A stretch of DNA of 64,000 bases from Sphingomonadaceae bacterium (GTDB lineage Bacteria; Pseudomonadota; Alphaproteobacteria; Sphingomonadales; Sphingomonadaceae). The stretch spans positions 2,025 through 66,024 of the forward strand of contig RFZB01000001.1 in assembly GCA_009920915.1 (NCBI GenBank). The letters run 5' to 3'. Every line of letters begins with the position of its first letter. The first letter of the stretch is position 1. Below are positions 1 through 8,465 of this stretch, piece after piece. The notes under the pieces are model-generated. The model saw only the letters and a program-made list of their open reading frames with translations. It ran no database searches and was not told the origin of the DNA. The position numbers were made by a program, and so were the translations under genes.

Positions 1-950
1 TGCCAAAGGGCCGTTGCCAGCCCCACGGGGCGGGCGGTGCGGCGGGCAAAGTGCCGTTGCCAGTCTTTTGGGGTGGCGCCAGCCAGCCAGGCTTGAGCGG
101 CGCTTTCGCCACTGGCCAGCGCAATGCCATTGCCTTCACCAGCCAAGGAGGGGATCACAGCACATTGGTCTCCCAGTCGGTAAAGCCCGTCTGGGTCGTG
201 TTTCTGGTGCCAGCCATAAGGCACATTGGCGATGGCATCGATGCGGGTCCGCGCATCAAAAGCTGCCATGCGCGCGCCAAAATGAGGGTGGTCTGCCGCA
301 ATTTGCTGCAAGAGTGCTGCTGGATCACGCCCCGCGTCTGTTAACAGCGATTTGCGCAGCGCCAGACAGATATTGGCCGTGCCATCTTCTTGTAATTCAA
401 TCCCGGCATAGCCTTTGTGAAAGACGTGGAGTTCAATTGCCGTGCCAATCAAGGCGCGGACGGCTGGACTGGGAGACAGGCGGATACGCAGGCCAAGGGC
501 AGGGTCTTGGGCCAATCGAGGCCGTTCACACCCTTTTACGTCATGTTTGCCTGTGGCGAGAAAAAGCGCCGACGATTGCGCGCGCACGCTTTCAATATGG
601 CGGACGGCCACGCCTCGTTCAATTCCAGCACCACTGGCGATGGCCTGAGCCACAAGGGCGCTGTCCATGGCACGGCGTGACAGGCCATGCCCCATCTGTG
701 GTAGTGGGGCTTCTGCCACCTGCGTGCCCGCAAAAACACGCAGCTGCGTGATGGGATGGCCAGTGATCTCAATGCCCAGCCGCTTTAAGGTTGCCATTGT
801 CCGCCAGCTCACAAAGCCGCCGCACAGGGCATCGCCAACTTCGGTGTCACGCTCGAGAATCAGAGCAGGCCTGTTGCCCCGCGCCAAAGTAATGGCAGCG
901 GCACAGCCAGCCGGACCGGCGCCAATGATTATCGGATCTGTTCGACGCAT
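1..950 (-). CDS. FAD-dependent oxidoreductase/monooxygenase (geranylgeranyl-reductase-like), 3' end runs off the window
   Basis: Not in the ORF track because there is no stop codon inside the window. Manual translation from ATG 950 gives MRRTDPIIIGAGPAGCAAAITLARG (GxGxxG), LERD...DALCGGF, FLATGKHD and the second FAD motif RLGDQCAVIPSLAGEGNGIALASG. It overlaps the methyltransferase stop by 22 nt. Confidence 0.88.
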   Translation of the reverse strand, partial: MRRTDPIIIGAGPAGCAAAITLARGNRPALILERDTEVGDALCGGFVSWRTMATLKRLGIEITGHPITQLRVFAGTQVAEAPLPQMGHGLSRRAMDSALVAQAIASGAGIERGVAVRHIESVRAQSSALFLATGKHDVKGCERPRLAQDPALGLRIRLSPSPAVRALIGTAIELHVFHKGYAGIELQEDGTANICLALRKSLLTDAGRDPAALLQQIAADHPHFGARMAAFDARTRIDAIANVPYGWHQKHDPDGLYRLGDQCAVIPSLAGEGNGIALASGESAAQAWLAGATPKDWQRHFARRTARPVGLATALW

Positions 951-1615
951 AGCCGAAACGGAAATACCCGCCGGACGCGGGCGCCCGAGAGGCCAACTTC
1001 GTCCAGAATGGAGCGCCATTCCGCAGGCCGAAACGACCGCGCAATAGATAATTGCCCATCTTGGCGGACAATGGGGTGCCACCGCATGATCCGCGCCAAG
1101 AGGGGATAGCCCAGCCATGCAAAGCCGTGGCGATGAAGATCATTGATAAACCAGCCGACGCGCGCCTCAGCCGCCATAAACTGCAAAAAGGCAATCAGCT
1201 CGTCATGCTGCATATGATGCGCAACAAGGCTAGAGAGAATGACATCCCAGCCTTGCCCCGCCAAATCTTGATAATCGCCTGTCAGGTAATGAATGCCCAT
1301 GGTGTCAGGCGTTTTCGCCGCGGCTATGCCGGCGCTGCGCGCGTTAAGATCAATCCCCGTTAACGTCACAGCGATGCCATGTCGCGCGGCCCAACGGCTC
1401 AGATGGCGCAGCATATCACCGTCCCCAAAGCCGACATCCAAAATGCGCAAGGGCTGAGACTGCCGGGGCAAACGGCGGACGAAATTCATGGTCGGCCGAC
1501 GCGCGAGAGTGACACTATTCGCGTGTGCCAAATCGCCCAAAACCTGCGCATAGACTTGGGCAGGTAGCCCCGGATCATCCATTTGCTCTTCGGTGAGGGC
1601 GCGTGTTTTCAACAT
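929..1615 (-). CDS. class I SAM-dependent methyltransferase
   Basis: 228 aa with motif I ILDVGFGDG, LTGIDLN and WDVILSSLVAHH. The ATG directly follows the PKS stop (TAAATG). Confidence 0.9.
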   Translation of the reverse strand: MLKTRALTEEQMDDPGLPAQVYAQVLGDLAHANSVTLARRPTMNFVRRLPRQSQPLRILDVGFGDGDMLRHLSRWAARHGIAVTLTGIDLNARSAGIAAAKTPDTMGIHYLTGDYQDLAGQGWDVILSSLVAHHMQHDELIAFLQFMAAEARVGWFINDLHRHGFAWLGYPLLARIMRWHPIVRQDGQLSIARSFRPAEWRSILDEVGLSGARVRRVFPFRLCVEQIR

Positions 1616-2677
1616 TTAAGCGACTGTCCGAAAGCGAAACCCTTCAGCCGCCACGCCGGGACCAAAGGCTAGGGCAACGCCGCGGGTCACCGTCTGCTGC
1701 ATATATCGGGCAAGAACGAACATCAGCGTTGAGGACGACATATTCCCGCCTTCCCGCAAAATGCTGCGCGAGGCAGAGAGTTTGTCGGGATCAAGCCGTA
1801 AGCCATGTTCTACGGCGTCCAAAATAGACCGGCCACCGGCATGGACAGCCCACGCATCCACCGATTGTGGATCACCTCCGGCAAGATTGCGCACAAAGCC
1901 CTCGTCTTGCAGAGCGTGCGTAATCAGCGCTGGGACTTTGCCAGATAAGTGCATCACAAAGCCCGTATCCCCAATATCCCAGCGGATAAGGTCTGCCGAG
2001 TCCGGCAGGGTCGTGGCAAAGGGATCGTACAGGGCAAGGCCGGGCCCTTCGCCAGTCACCAAGGCCGCAGCGGCCCCATCGCCAAATTGCAGCATCGCCA
2101 ATAGGGATTCAATATCCTGCGTGGCATTGAGATGCAGGCATGATAGCTCCACTGTGACGACCAGCACTTTGGCCTTTGGCTGCGATCGGATAATGTGCAT
2201 GGCACTGCGCAGCGCTGATACCGCGGCGTAACAGCCCATAAATCCAACCAAGAGCCGTTCGACATCAGGCGAAAGGTTTAAATGGTGTGCCAAAATTTGG
2301 TCTACGCCGGGCGCGACAAAGCCTGTGCAGCTCGCCACAATGAAATGCGTAACATCGCGGACATCCGCCTTCAGCCCTTTTATGGCCTCCAGCGCCAGCG
2401 CTGGGGCATAATCGGCATACAGCGCCATCCGCGCAGCAGTGCCGGGGGGTGGACCATCGTAAAAGCCACCCGCAGAAACGGGAGAGCCGCCTTGGGGCGT
2501 GGGCGGCAAGACGGCATAGCGATGGTCAATTCCAGACCGGCTCGCCATGCGTCGAAATACAGCTTGTGCGCGCGGATCCGTAATTTGCGCTTCAGCCCAT
2601 CCAATGAAAGCCGCGTGAATATCGTGACTGGGGCGTGCAGTTGAAAGAGCCCGTATCCGGGGTAGGGCCGTCATCAC
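1616..2677 (-). CDS. type III polyketide synthase (chalcone/stilbene synthase family)
   Basis: Catalytic triad contexts are FMGCYAA (Cys), WAVHAGG (His) and GNMSS (Asn); also LQFGDGAAA and AFGPG. The start is probably GTG 2677 or ATG 2674 after GAGG; the ORF track starts at 2692. Confidence 0.93.
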   Translation of the reverse strand: MMTALPRIRALSTARPSHDIHAAFIGWAEAQITDPRAQAVFRRMASRSGIDHRYAVLPPTPQGGSPVSAGGFYDGPPPGTAARMALYADYAPALALEAIKGLKADVRDVTHFIVASCTGFVAPGVDQILAHHLNLSPDVERLLVGFMGCYAAVSALRSAMHIIRSQPKAKVLVVTVELSCLHLNATQDIESLLAMLQFGDGAAAALVTGEGPGLALYDPFATTLPDSADLIRWDIGDTGFVMHLSGKVPALITHALQDEGFVRNLAGGDPQSVDAWAVHAGGRSILDAVEHGLRLDPDKLSASRSILREGGNMSSSTLMFVLARYMQQTVTRGVALAFGPGVAAEGFRFRTVA

Positions 2678-2851
2678 TTGCGCCTCATCCATCCATCGCT
2701 GCGTGATGCAGCGTTAACTGCCTTTTATCAGGCTTATGTGCTTGGGTCACCTTCTCATCTCAGATGCTGGACATTGGTTTCAATATGGCTTGGGCCAGAC
2801 GACTGCGCCGGATCGCGCCAGAGGAGGGACCAGTCGCACGAATGACCTTAA

Positions 2852-2866
2852 TGATACCTTGTATCA
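2852..2866. promoter_or_regulatory. perfect 6-3-6 inverted repeat TGATAC-CTT-GTATCA, candidate operator between the divergent PKS operon and aminopeptidase
   Basis: The dyad is read directly from the intergenic sequence. The binding protein is unknown. Confidence 0.35.
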
Positions 2867-2927
2867 CGTCTCTCTGTGGCTAGAAGATGGAGACGCAAAC
2901 TAATCCAAAACAGGAGAGTCTATCCTC

Positions 2928-4487
2928 ATGCGCCTTCCCCTTTTGACGCTTGCTTTGGCTTCCCTTGCGGCCCCCAGCATGGCCCAGTCTGTCTCTGCCG
3001 GCTCGGGCATTGAGGCAACGGATGCCGCGAATTCGGCTGGCCGGCCCATTGGCTTTGGCACAAGCATTGCCCCTGACGGTGTTCTTGTCCTTTTAATGGC
3101 GGACGCCAGTATTCCGAACATTGGGTTAGATCCGGCCTTGTCCGCCGCCCTCAAATCTGCCGTGGACGCCGCAAAATTTGAAGGCAAGGCTGGTTCTGCC
3201 CTAACGCTGCGCGGGATGGGCAAATATGCGCGTATCCAGCTTGTCGGTGTGGCAGGTGATGCGGATGCTGTGCGCCGTATGCGCGACGCTGGTGGCAAGA
3301 TTGCGCAGGACCTTCGCGAAGAGGCTTTTGCAGTGTCAATTGCGGGCAATATCTCTTCCACTGATGCTGCGGCTTTGGCCGTCGGCTATGGGTTGGGCCA
3401 ATATCGGTTTGATCGGTATAAGGTTGCCACCAAAACAGGTCTGCCGACCCAGAAGGTCACGATTGTAACTGCCAACCCACAAGCTGCTGAGGCAGAATGG
3501 ACGGCCCGGGGTCGTGCGTTGGTTGAGGCTGTTACCTTGTCGCGTGACTTGGCAAGCGAGCCTGCGAATGTGCTGTATCCCGAAGCCTTTGTTTCGCGTG
3601 TCCGCGAGGCTTTTGCCGGCGTGGCCAATGTGAAAATAGAAGTGCTGGATGTTGCCGCCATGCAGCGGTTGAAAATGGGCTCTATTGCCGGTGTTGGTCA
3701 GGGCGCGCGTCGTCCGCCGCGGATGCTGTTGGTGGAATATACGGGTGGGCAGGGTGCCCCCCTTGCCTTGGTGGGTAAAGGCATCACCTTTGATTCCGGG
3801 GGTATTTCACTCAAGCCCGGCTCGGGCATGTGGGAAATGAAGGCGGATATGTCTGGCGCGGCCTCTGCTGTTGGGGCGGTGCTGTCACTCGCCAAATCCA
3901 ATGCGCCGGTGAATGTCGTTGCTGTTGCAGCGCTGGCGGAAAATATGCCGGGCGGCAATGCGCAGCGCCCCGGCGATGTTGTCCGCACCATGAGTGGCAA
4001 AACCATTGAGGTCCTGAACACGGATGCCGAAGGGCGTTTGGTGCTGGCTGATGCCACTGAATATGTCATCTCACGCCACAAGCCAGCCGGTGTCGTGACG
4101 ATTGCGACGCTGACAGGCGCGATTGTTCAAGCCTTGAACGATGAATATGCAGGGCTTTTCGCGCGTGATGAAGCTTTGGGCGGTGCGTTGCTTTCTGCCG
4201 CAAGCCGGACGGGTGAAGACATTTGGCGGATGCCGCTGCACAAAAACTATCTGACCGACCTAAAGTCCGACATTGCCGATATTAAGAATGTCGTCGAGGG
4301 TGGCGGACCAGGGGCCGGCATTGGCGCCACGTTCGTCGGCTATTTTGTGGACGCGGCCACGCCCTGGGCGCATCTTGATATTGCCGGTGTGAATTGGGCC
4401 GACCGGCCCGACGCAGTCACCCCCAAGGGGGCCTCTGGTTGGGGTGTCCGCATTCTGGATGACATGGTCCGTAACTGGAAAAAATAG
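2928..4487 (+). CDS. pepA: leucyl aminopeptidase, M17 family, with apparent N-terminal signal peptide
   Basis: M17 metal/catalytic motifs LVGKGITFDSGG, MKADMSGAA and NTDAEGRLVLAD. The N-terminus is MRLPLLTLALASLAAPSMAQ, with SD AGGAG upstream. Confidence 0.93.
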   Translation: MRLPLLTLALASLAAPSMAQSVSAGSGIEATDAANSAGRPIGFGTSIAPDGVLVLLMADASIPNIGLDPALSAALKSAVDAAKFEGKAGSALTLRGMGKYARIQLVGVAGDADAVRRMRDAGGKIAQDLREEAFAVSIAGNISSTDAAALAVGYGLGQYRFDRYKVATKTGLPTQKVTIVTANPQAAEAEWTARGRALVEAVTLSRDLASEPANVLYPEAFVSRVREAFAGVANVKIEVLDVAAMQRLKMGSIAGVGQGARRPPRMLLVEYTGGQGAPLALVGKGITFDSGGISLKPGSGMWEMKADMSGAASAVGAVLSLAKSNAPVNVVAVAALAENMPGGNAQRPGDVVRTMSGKTIEVLNTDAEGRLVLADATEYVISRHKPAGVVTIATLTGAIVQALNDEYAGLFARDEALGGALLSAASRTGEDIWRMPLHKNYLTDLKSDIADIKNVVEGGGPGAGIGATFVGYFVDAATPWAHLDIAGVNWADRPDAVTPKGASGWGVRILDDMVRNWKK

Positions 4488-4528
4488 CTTCTTCATCGCC
4501 CAATATTGGGCAAGAAAGCTATGGTCTT

Positions 4529-4576
4529 AAAAACCAAGCCTGCGGCGGGGCCTTCCCATCGCAGGCTTGCTTTTTA
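4529..4576. terminator. probable bidirectional intrinsic terminator
   Basis: 10-bp stem CAAGCCTGCG (4535-4544) / CGCAGGCTTG (4560-4569), with an A-run before and a T-run after, between convergent genes. A second hairpin centred on the perfect palindrome GCCCAATATTGGGC (4498-4511) precedes it. Confidence 0.8.
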
Positions 4577-4609
4577 GTTCTGTTGCAGGTCGTAATGATG
4601 CAGGATGGC

Positions 4610-6114
4610 TTACTGCCCTGCACTCCAGATGGTTTTCCCCTCTTTCACAGTCCGCATAATCTTGATGGAGCGAATGGCCTCGATAGGGGTCGTCAGCGGA
4701 TTTTTGTCTAAAATAACAAAGTCAGCCAGCATCCCTGGCTTGATCTGGCCTTTGCGTTTTTCTTCAAAAACCTGCCAAGCGGGGCCAGTTGTCAGCATAT
4801 GCAGCCCCTGCCACGCCGTCAGGCGTTGGTCTGGGCCATTGACAACACCCGTTTTCGATTGGCGCGCCATGCTGCTCCATAGCTGGGTCATGGGATCAAG
4901 CGGGGTGACGGGGGAGTCCGAGTGGTTGGACGGTTGGAGCCCCGCCTTTAATGCCGAGGCAAAGGGGCTGATAAAGCCCACTACATCTGCCGAAAAATTG
5001 CTGCGATGGATGTCTGCAAAATAATAAGTGTGGTTGCTGAAATAGGCTGGGCCAACGCCAATGCGCTGATACGCTTTTAGTTGGTCAGGGCGTTGAAACT
5101 GCGAATGGATAACAACGGGTCGCGCATCTGCTTTCTTCGTCAGGCCAAGCGTATCAAAGCCTTTAATGGCCATATCAATGGCTGCATCGCCATTGGCATG
5201 AACAAAAATTTGCCAGCCCCGGCTATGCGCGCGTGCCGCATCGGCATTGAACGCCTCTTGCGACATATTGGGTGTGCCATGCCATGGATGATGCCCATCT
5301 GGTGCGCCATTGGCATAGGGGCATGGGTAAAGCCATTGCTCGCATATCGGCGTTGCGCTTCGTCCAATGCAGCGCGGCGTTGCTCAGGCGAAAGCGGCGG
5401 GATTTTTAGGTAAACAGGGTAGGCAGCGTTTTCAAAAAATACGCCCGTAAGTTTGCCAGAGGCATCGCGCAACGTAATGCCGCCGGGGGGATTGGGCGTT
5501 GAGTCTGTAATGCCAGCGGCAGCCATTGCCGCGCTGTTGGTCACCAGCCCATGGCCCGTAAAGTGGATCAGTACGATTTTATGGTCGGGAAAGGCGGCAT
5601 CCAAATCTGCGCGCGTGATATGGCGTTTTTCCGCAAGCTTTGCGTCATCATATTGCCACGCAATCACCCACCCGCCCGGTGCAATTTGCCGCGCTTGAAT
5701 GCCCGTGCGCAGTGCCGCGATTAAACTGGGAATATCGTTAATGGGATGATCTGGGTCTTGCAGGTCAACGCCGCTGGCCACTTGCATCATCATGGCAAAG
5801 TGCGAATGTGCATCTACAAATCCGGGGAGCAGCGTGGCGCCGCCAAGATTTTGCTCTTTGGCCGCTGTGCCAGCAATTTTGCGGGCCTGTGCGACTTTGC
5901 CTGCATACACGATCTTGCCATCGCGTTCGACCACGGCGTCGACCATATTGGGGCGGTCCCCCGCCATCGTGAGAATGGGGCCGCCATACCAGAGGGTCGC
6001 GGGGGAAGATTCCACGGCTTGCGCCCATGCTGGCCCTGCAATGCTGAAAAGAAGCGCAAAACCAGCCTGATGTGCGGTACGCAGTCTTTTCGATTTTTCA
6101 AGCAATGTCGTCAT
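4610..6114 (-). pseudogene. amidohydrolase-3 (YtcJ-like) metal-dependent hydrolase, split by an internal deletion plus frameshift near 5312-5327
   Basis: The 5' ORF has a signal-like N-terminus and PGFVDAHSH and is family-like up to YASNGFTHA. A second frame then continues PYANGAPDG...MSQEAF...HANGDAAID...SNHSDSPVTP...GQIKPGMLADFVILD. The central K-x3-DG segment expected in this family is absent from both frames. Confidence 0.75.
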
Positions 6115-6200
6115 GATCGTTGGATCCCCCTCTTAAGCGAGGGGTGACGCAGGCCCGGGGTAAATGCAAGTTTGGATTGGCAATTGTCTTTGGCTTTGCC

Positions 6201-7175
6201 TCAACGGGCGTTGTCAAATTGCTTGATCAGCCAAGATCGGAATGCAGAAATGGCAGGGTCAGACAGATCATCAGCGTGTAGCTTTAGGAAATAGCCATAT
6301 CCGTCCTCAACAACGACATCATAGGGCATGACCAGCCGGCCTTCGGCAATTTCCTGGGCAAACATATGGACATCGCCCAAAAAGACGCCGCTTGCCGCCA
6401 TTGTGTATTGGGCAGCAGCCACGGCCGTATCAAATGCCACGCCATTGGCCGTGGGGATCGTTAGCCCTTGTTGCCGCACAAATGCTGACCATAAATAGTC
6501 ACGCGTTTGGCCCTCCAGCTTGATATGTAGCAATTCTTGGCTCGCCAGAAATTCTTCGAGTGTCTTATTGGCCCCAGCTTGGGCCGTGGCTGGCGAACAA
6601 AGTGGCGCGACCCGCACCATGCGCAGCAAATCTGTCACTTGGTCATCGACATGAGGTCGATCATAAACAATGGCCATGTCGAGCGCGCGCGCGGGCAGGC
6701 CAGTAACGTTGGAGCTTGAAATATCGACGCCAATATCGGGAAATTCGCGTCGAAAGTCCCCCAAAATGGGAAGAAACTGCTGTTGGAGAATGGAGGGGGG
6801 AACATGAATGCGCAGCATCCGATGCGCGGATTGATCATCTCGGATGGCATTCATGGCCTGCTCAATGCGATCCAAGCTCTTTGTAACAACAGGCAGCAAT
6901 TCCGCGCCAACTTCTGTCAAAGCCAGACGCGAGGCCTCTCGCTCAAACAATTGTTTGCCAAGCAGTTCTTCCAACGCGCTGACATGGCGGCTCATCGCGC
7001 TTTGCGACACAGACAATGCAGCCGCACCCGCCGTAAAGCTACGATGTTGCCCAACGGCTTCAAATGCACGCAGCGCATTTAAAGGAAGCCAGCGGCGATT
7101 GATCCTGCCCTTGGTGGAAATGGCGAAGCCTTTCGTTCGATGCTCGTTTTGTTGGTTACGCCATTGTCCCAACAT
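6201..7175 (-). CDS. LysR-family transcriptional regulator (GcvA/AmpR type)
   Basis: HTH LPLNALRAFEAVGQHRSFTAGAAALSVSQSAMSRHVSALEELLGKQLFER. It is divergent from the Rieske operon. Confidence 0.92.
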   Translation of the reverse strand: MLGQWRNQQNEHRTKGFAISTKGRINRRWLPLNALRAFEAVGQHRSFTAGAAALSVSQSAMSRHVSALEELLGKQLFEREASRLALTEVGAELLPVVTKSLDRIEQAMNAIRDDQSAHRMLRIHVPPSILQQQFLPILGDFRREFPDIGVDISSSNVTGLPARALDMAIVYDRPHVDDQVTDLLRMVRVAPLCSPATAQAGANKTLEEFLASQELLHIKLEGQTRDYLWSAFVRQQGLTIPTANGVAFDTAVAAAQYTMAASGVFLGDVHMFAQEIAEGRLVMPYDVVVEDGYGYFLKLHADDLSDPAISAFRSWLIKQFDNAR

Positions 7176-7186
7176 TTTGATATAGG

Positions 7187-7217
7187 GCCATGCGAAAAAT
7201 TGATTTTATCGCATGGC
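7187..7217. promoter_or_regulatory. LysR-type operator: GCCATGCGA-N13-TCGCATGGC dyad containing a T-N11-A box
   Basis: Perfect 9-bp inverted repeat with an AT-rich spacer, lying in the 84-bp gap between the divergent lysR and Rieske genes. Confidence 0.7.
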
Positions 7218-7259
7218 GCAGATGGTTCAAGCCACGGATGCAGATAAAAGGGGTGGATT

Positions 7260-8465
7260 ATGAACCTAGGGAAAATAGACGCGCTGTTTCAGGAGCGCCG
7301 TACCGGGCACACCCTTCCTCAAGCGCTGTACACCAGTCAGGATGCCTTTGAGTTCGACGTAAAGGCAATTTACGGACAGAATTGGCTGATGGCGGGCATG
7401 GAGTGTGAGCTGCCAAAATCAGGCAGTTACCTGTCCATGATGATTGGCAACTGGCCCGTCCTGATTTTGCGAGACAAGCAGGGCCACATCCGCGCCTTTC
7501 ACAATAGCTGCCGTCACCGCGGGTCGATTTTGTGTCAGCCGGGCCATGGCACGGCCCCCAAGCTGGTGTGCCCCTATCACCGCTGGACTTATGATCTGGA
7601 CGGATCCCTTTTTGCGGCAGGCCGCATGGAAGAGGATTTTGATAAATCAGCACATGGGCTGAAGCCAGTTGCCGTTGAATGTTTTGGCGGAGCGATTTTC
7701 ATCTGTCTCGCCGATAATCCGCCGCCAATTGATGAGTTTCGTGAGAAATTCTCGGCCTATGCAGCGCCCGCCAATTTTGAAAACCTGAAGCTCGCCCATG
7801 TCGACAAGCTGGTGGAATATGCCAATTGGAAGCTGGTGATGGAAAATGCGCGGGAATGTTATCACTGCGCAACGGGCCATCCGGAATTGGCGAAAACTTT
7901 CCCTGTCGGCATGTCGAAGCATTTTGACGCACATGAAGACGCGCGTGCCGAAGCCTTTGGCAAGGCGATGGACGCCAATGGCTTTCCACATGAGCCGGTT
8001 GAGGGGCATTGGTGGCAAGTCGCGCGCTTTGCGCTGAACGAAGGCTGCACCACCATGTCAGAAGATGGCAAGCCTCTGGTGAAAAAGCCTCTGTTGACGG
8101 CGAATGGCGGAAATGTGGGGTCGCTTCGCTGGGCGATTGATCCGCATTTATTTGCGCATGCCACATCTGATTATGTGTTTATGTTCAGTTGCATGCCAGT
8201 CAGCCCCACCGAAACCCATGTCTATAGCAAATGGTATGTCCACAAAGATGCCGTTGAAGGCGTGGATTATGATTTGAAAGAACTGACGGATTTGTGGCTT
8301 GTGACCAATGGTCAGGATAAAGAACTGGCCGAAAACAATCATATTGGGGTCATGAGCCCAGGCTATACGCCCGGGCCCTATTCGACCGATGCTGAAATGC
8401 TCGCCCGGCGTTTCACCGACTGGTATTGTGACACAGCCCGTGCGTATATTGATGCCCATGGCTAA
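7260..8465 (+). CDS. Rieske non-heme iron oxygenase alpha subunit #1 (GbcA/Stc2-like quaternary-amine demethylase family)
   Basis: Rieske ligands CRHRG...CPYHRW and mononuclear Fe motif ENARECYHC...HPEL. The C-terminus WYVHKDAVEGVDYD...QD is typical of betaine demethylases. Confidence 0.9.
   Translation: MNLGKIDALFQERRTGHTLPQALYTSQDAFEFDVKAIYGQNWLMAGMECELPKSGSYLSMMIGNWPVLILRDKQGHIRAFHNSCRHRGSILCQPGHGTAPKLVCPYHRWTYDLDGSLFAAGRMEEDFDKSAHGLKPVAVECFGGAIFICLADNPPPIDEFREKFSAYAAPANFENLKLAHVDKLVEYANWKLVMENARECYHCATGHPELAKTFPVGMSKHFDAHEDARAEAFGKAMDANGFPHEPVEGHWWQVARFALNEGCTTMSEDGKPLVKKPLLTANGGNVGSLRWAIDPHLFAHATSDYVFMFSCMPVSPTETHVYSKWYVHKDAVEGVDYDLKELTDLWLVTNGQDKELAENNHIGVMSPGYTPGPYSTDAEMLARRFTDWYCDTARAYIDAHG

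Noticed and set aside
2764-2883. 39-codon + strand ORF in the PKS/pepA intergenic region
   Set aside because: It has no ribosome-binding site, no recognisable features, and overlaps probable promoter sequence.
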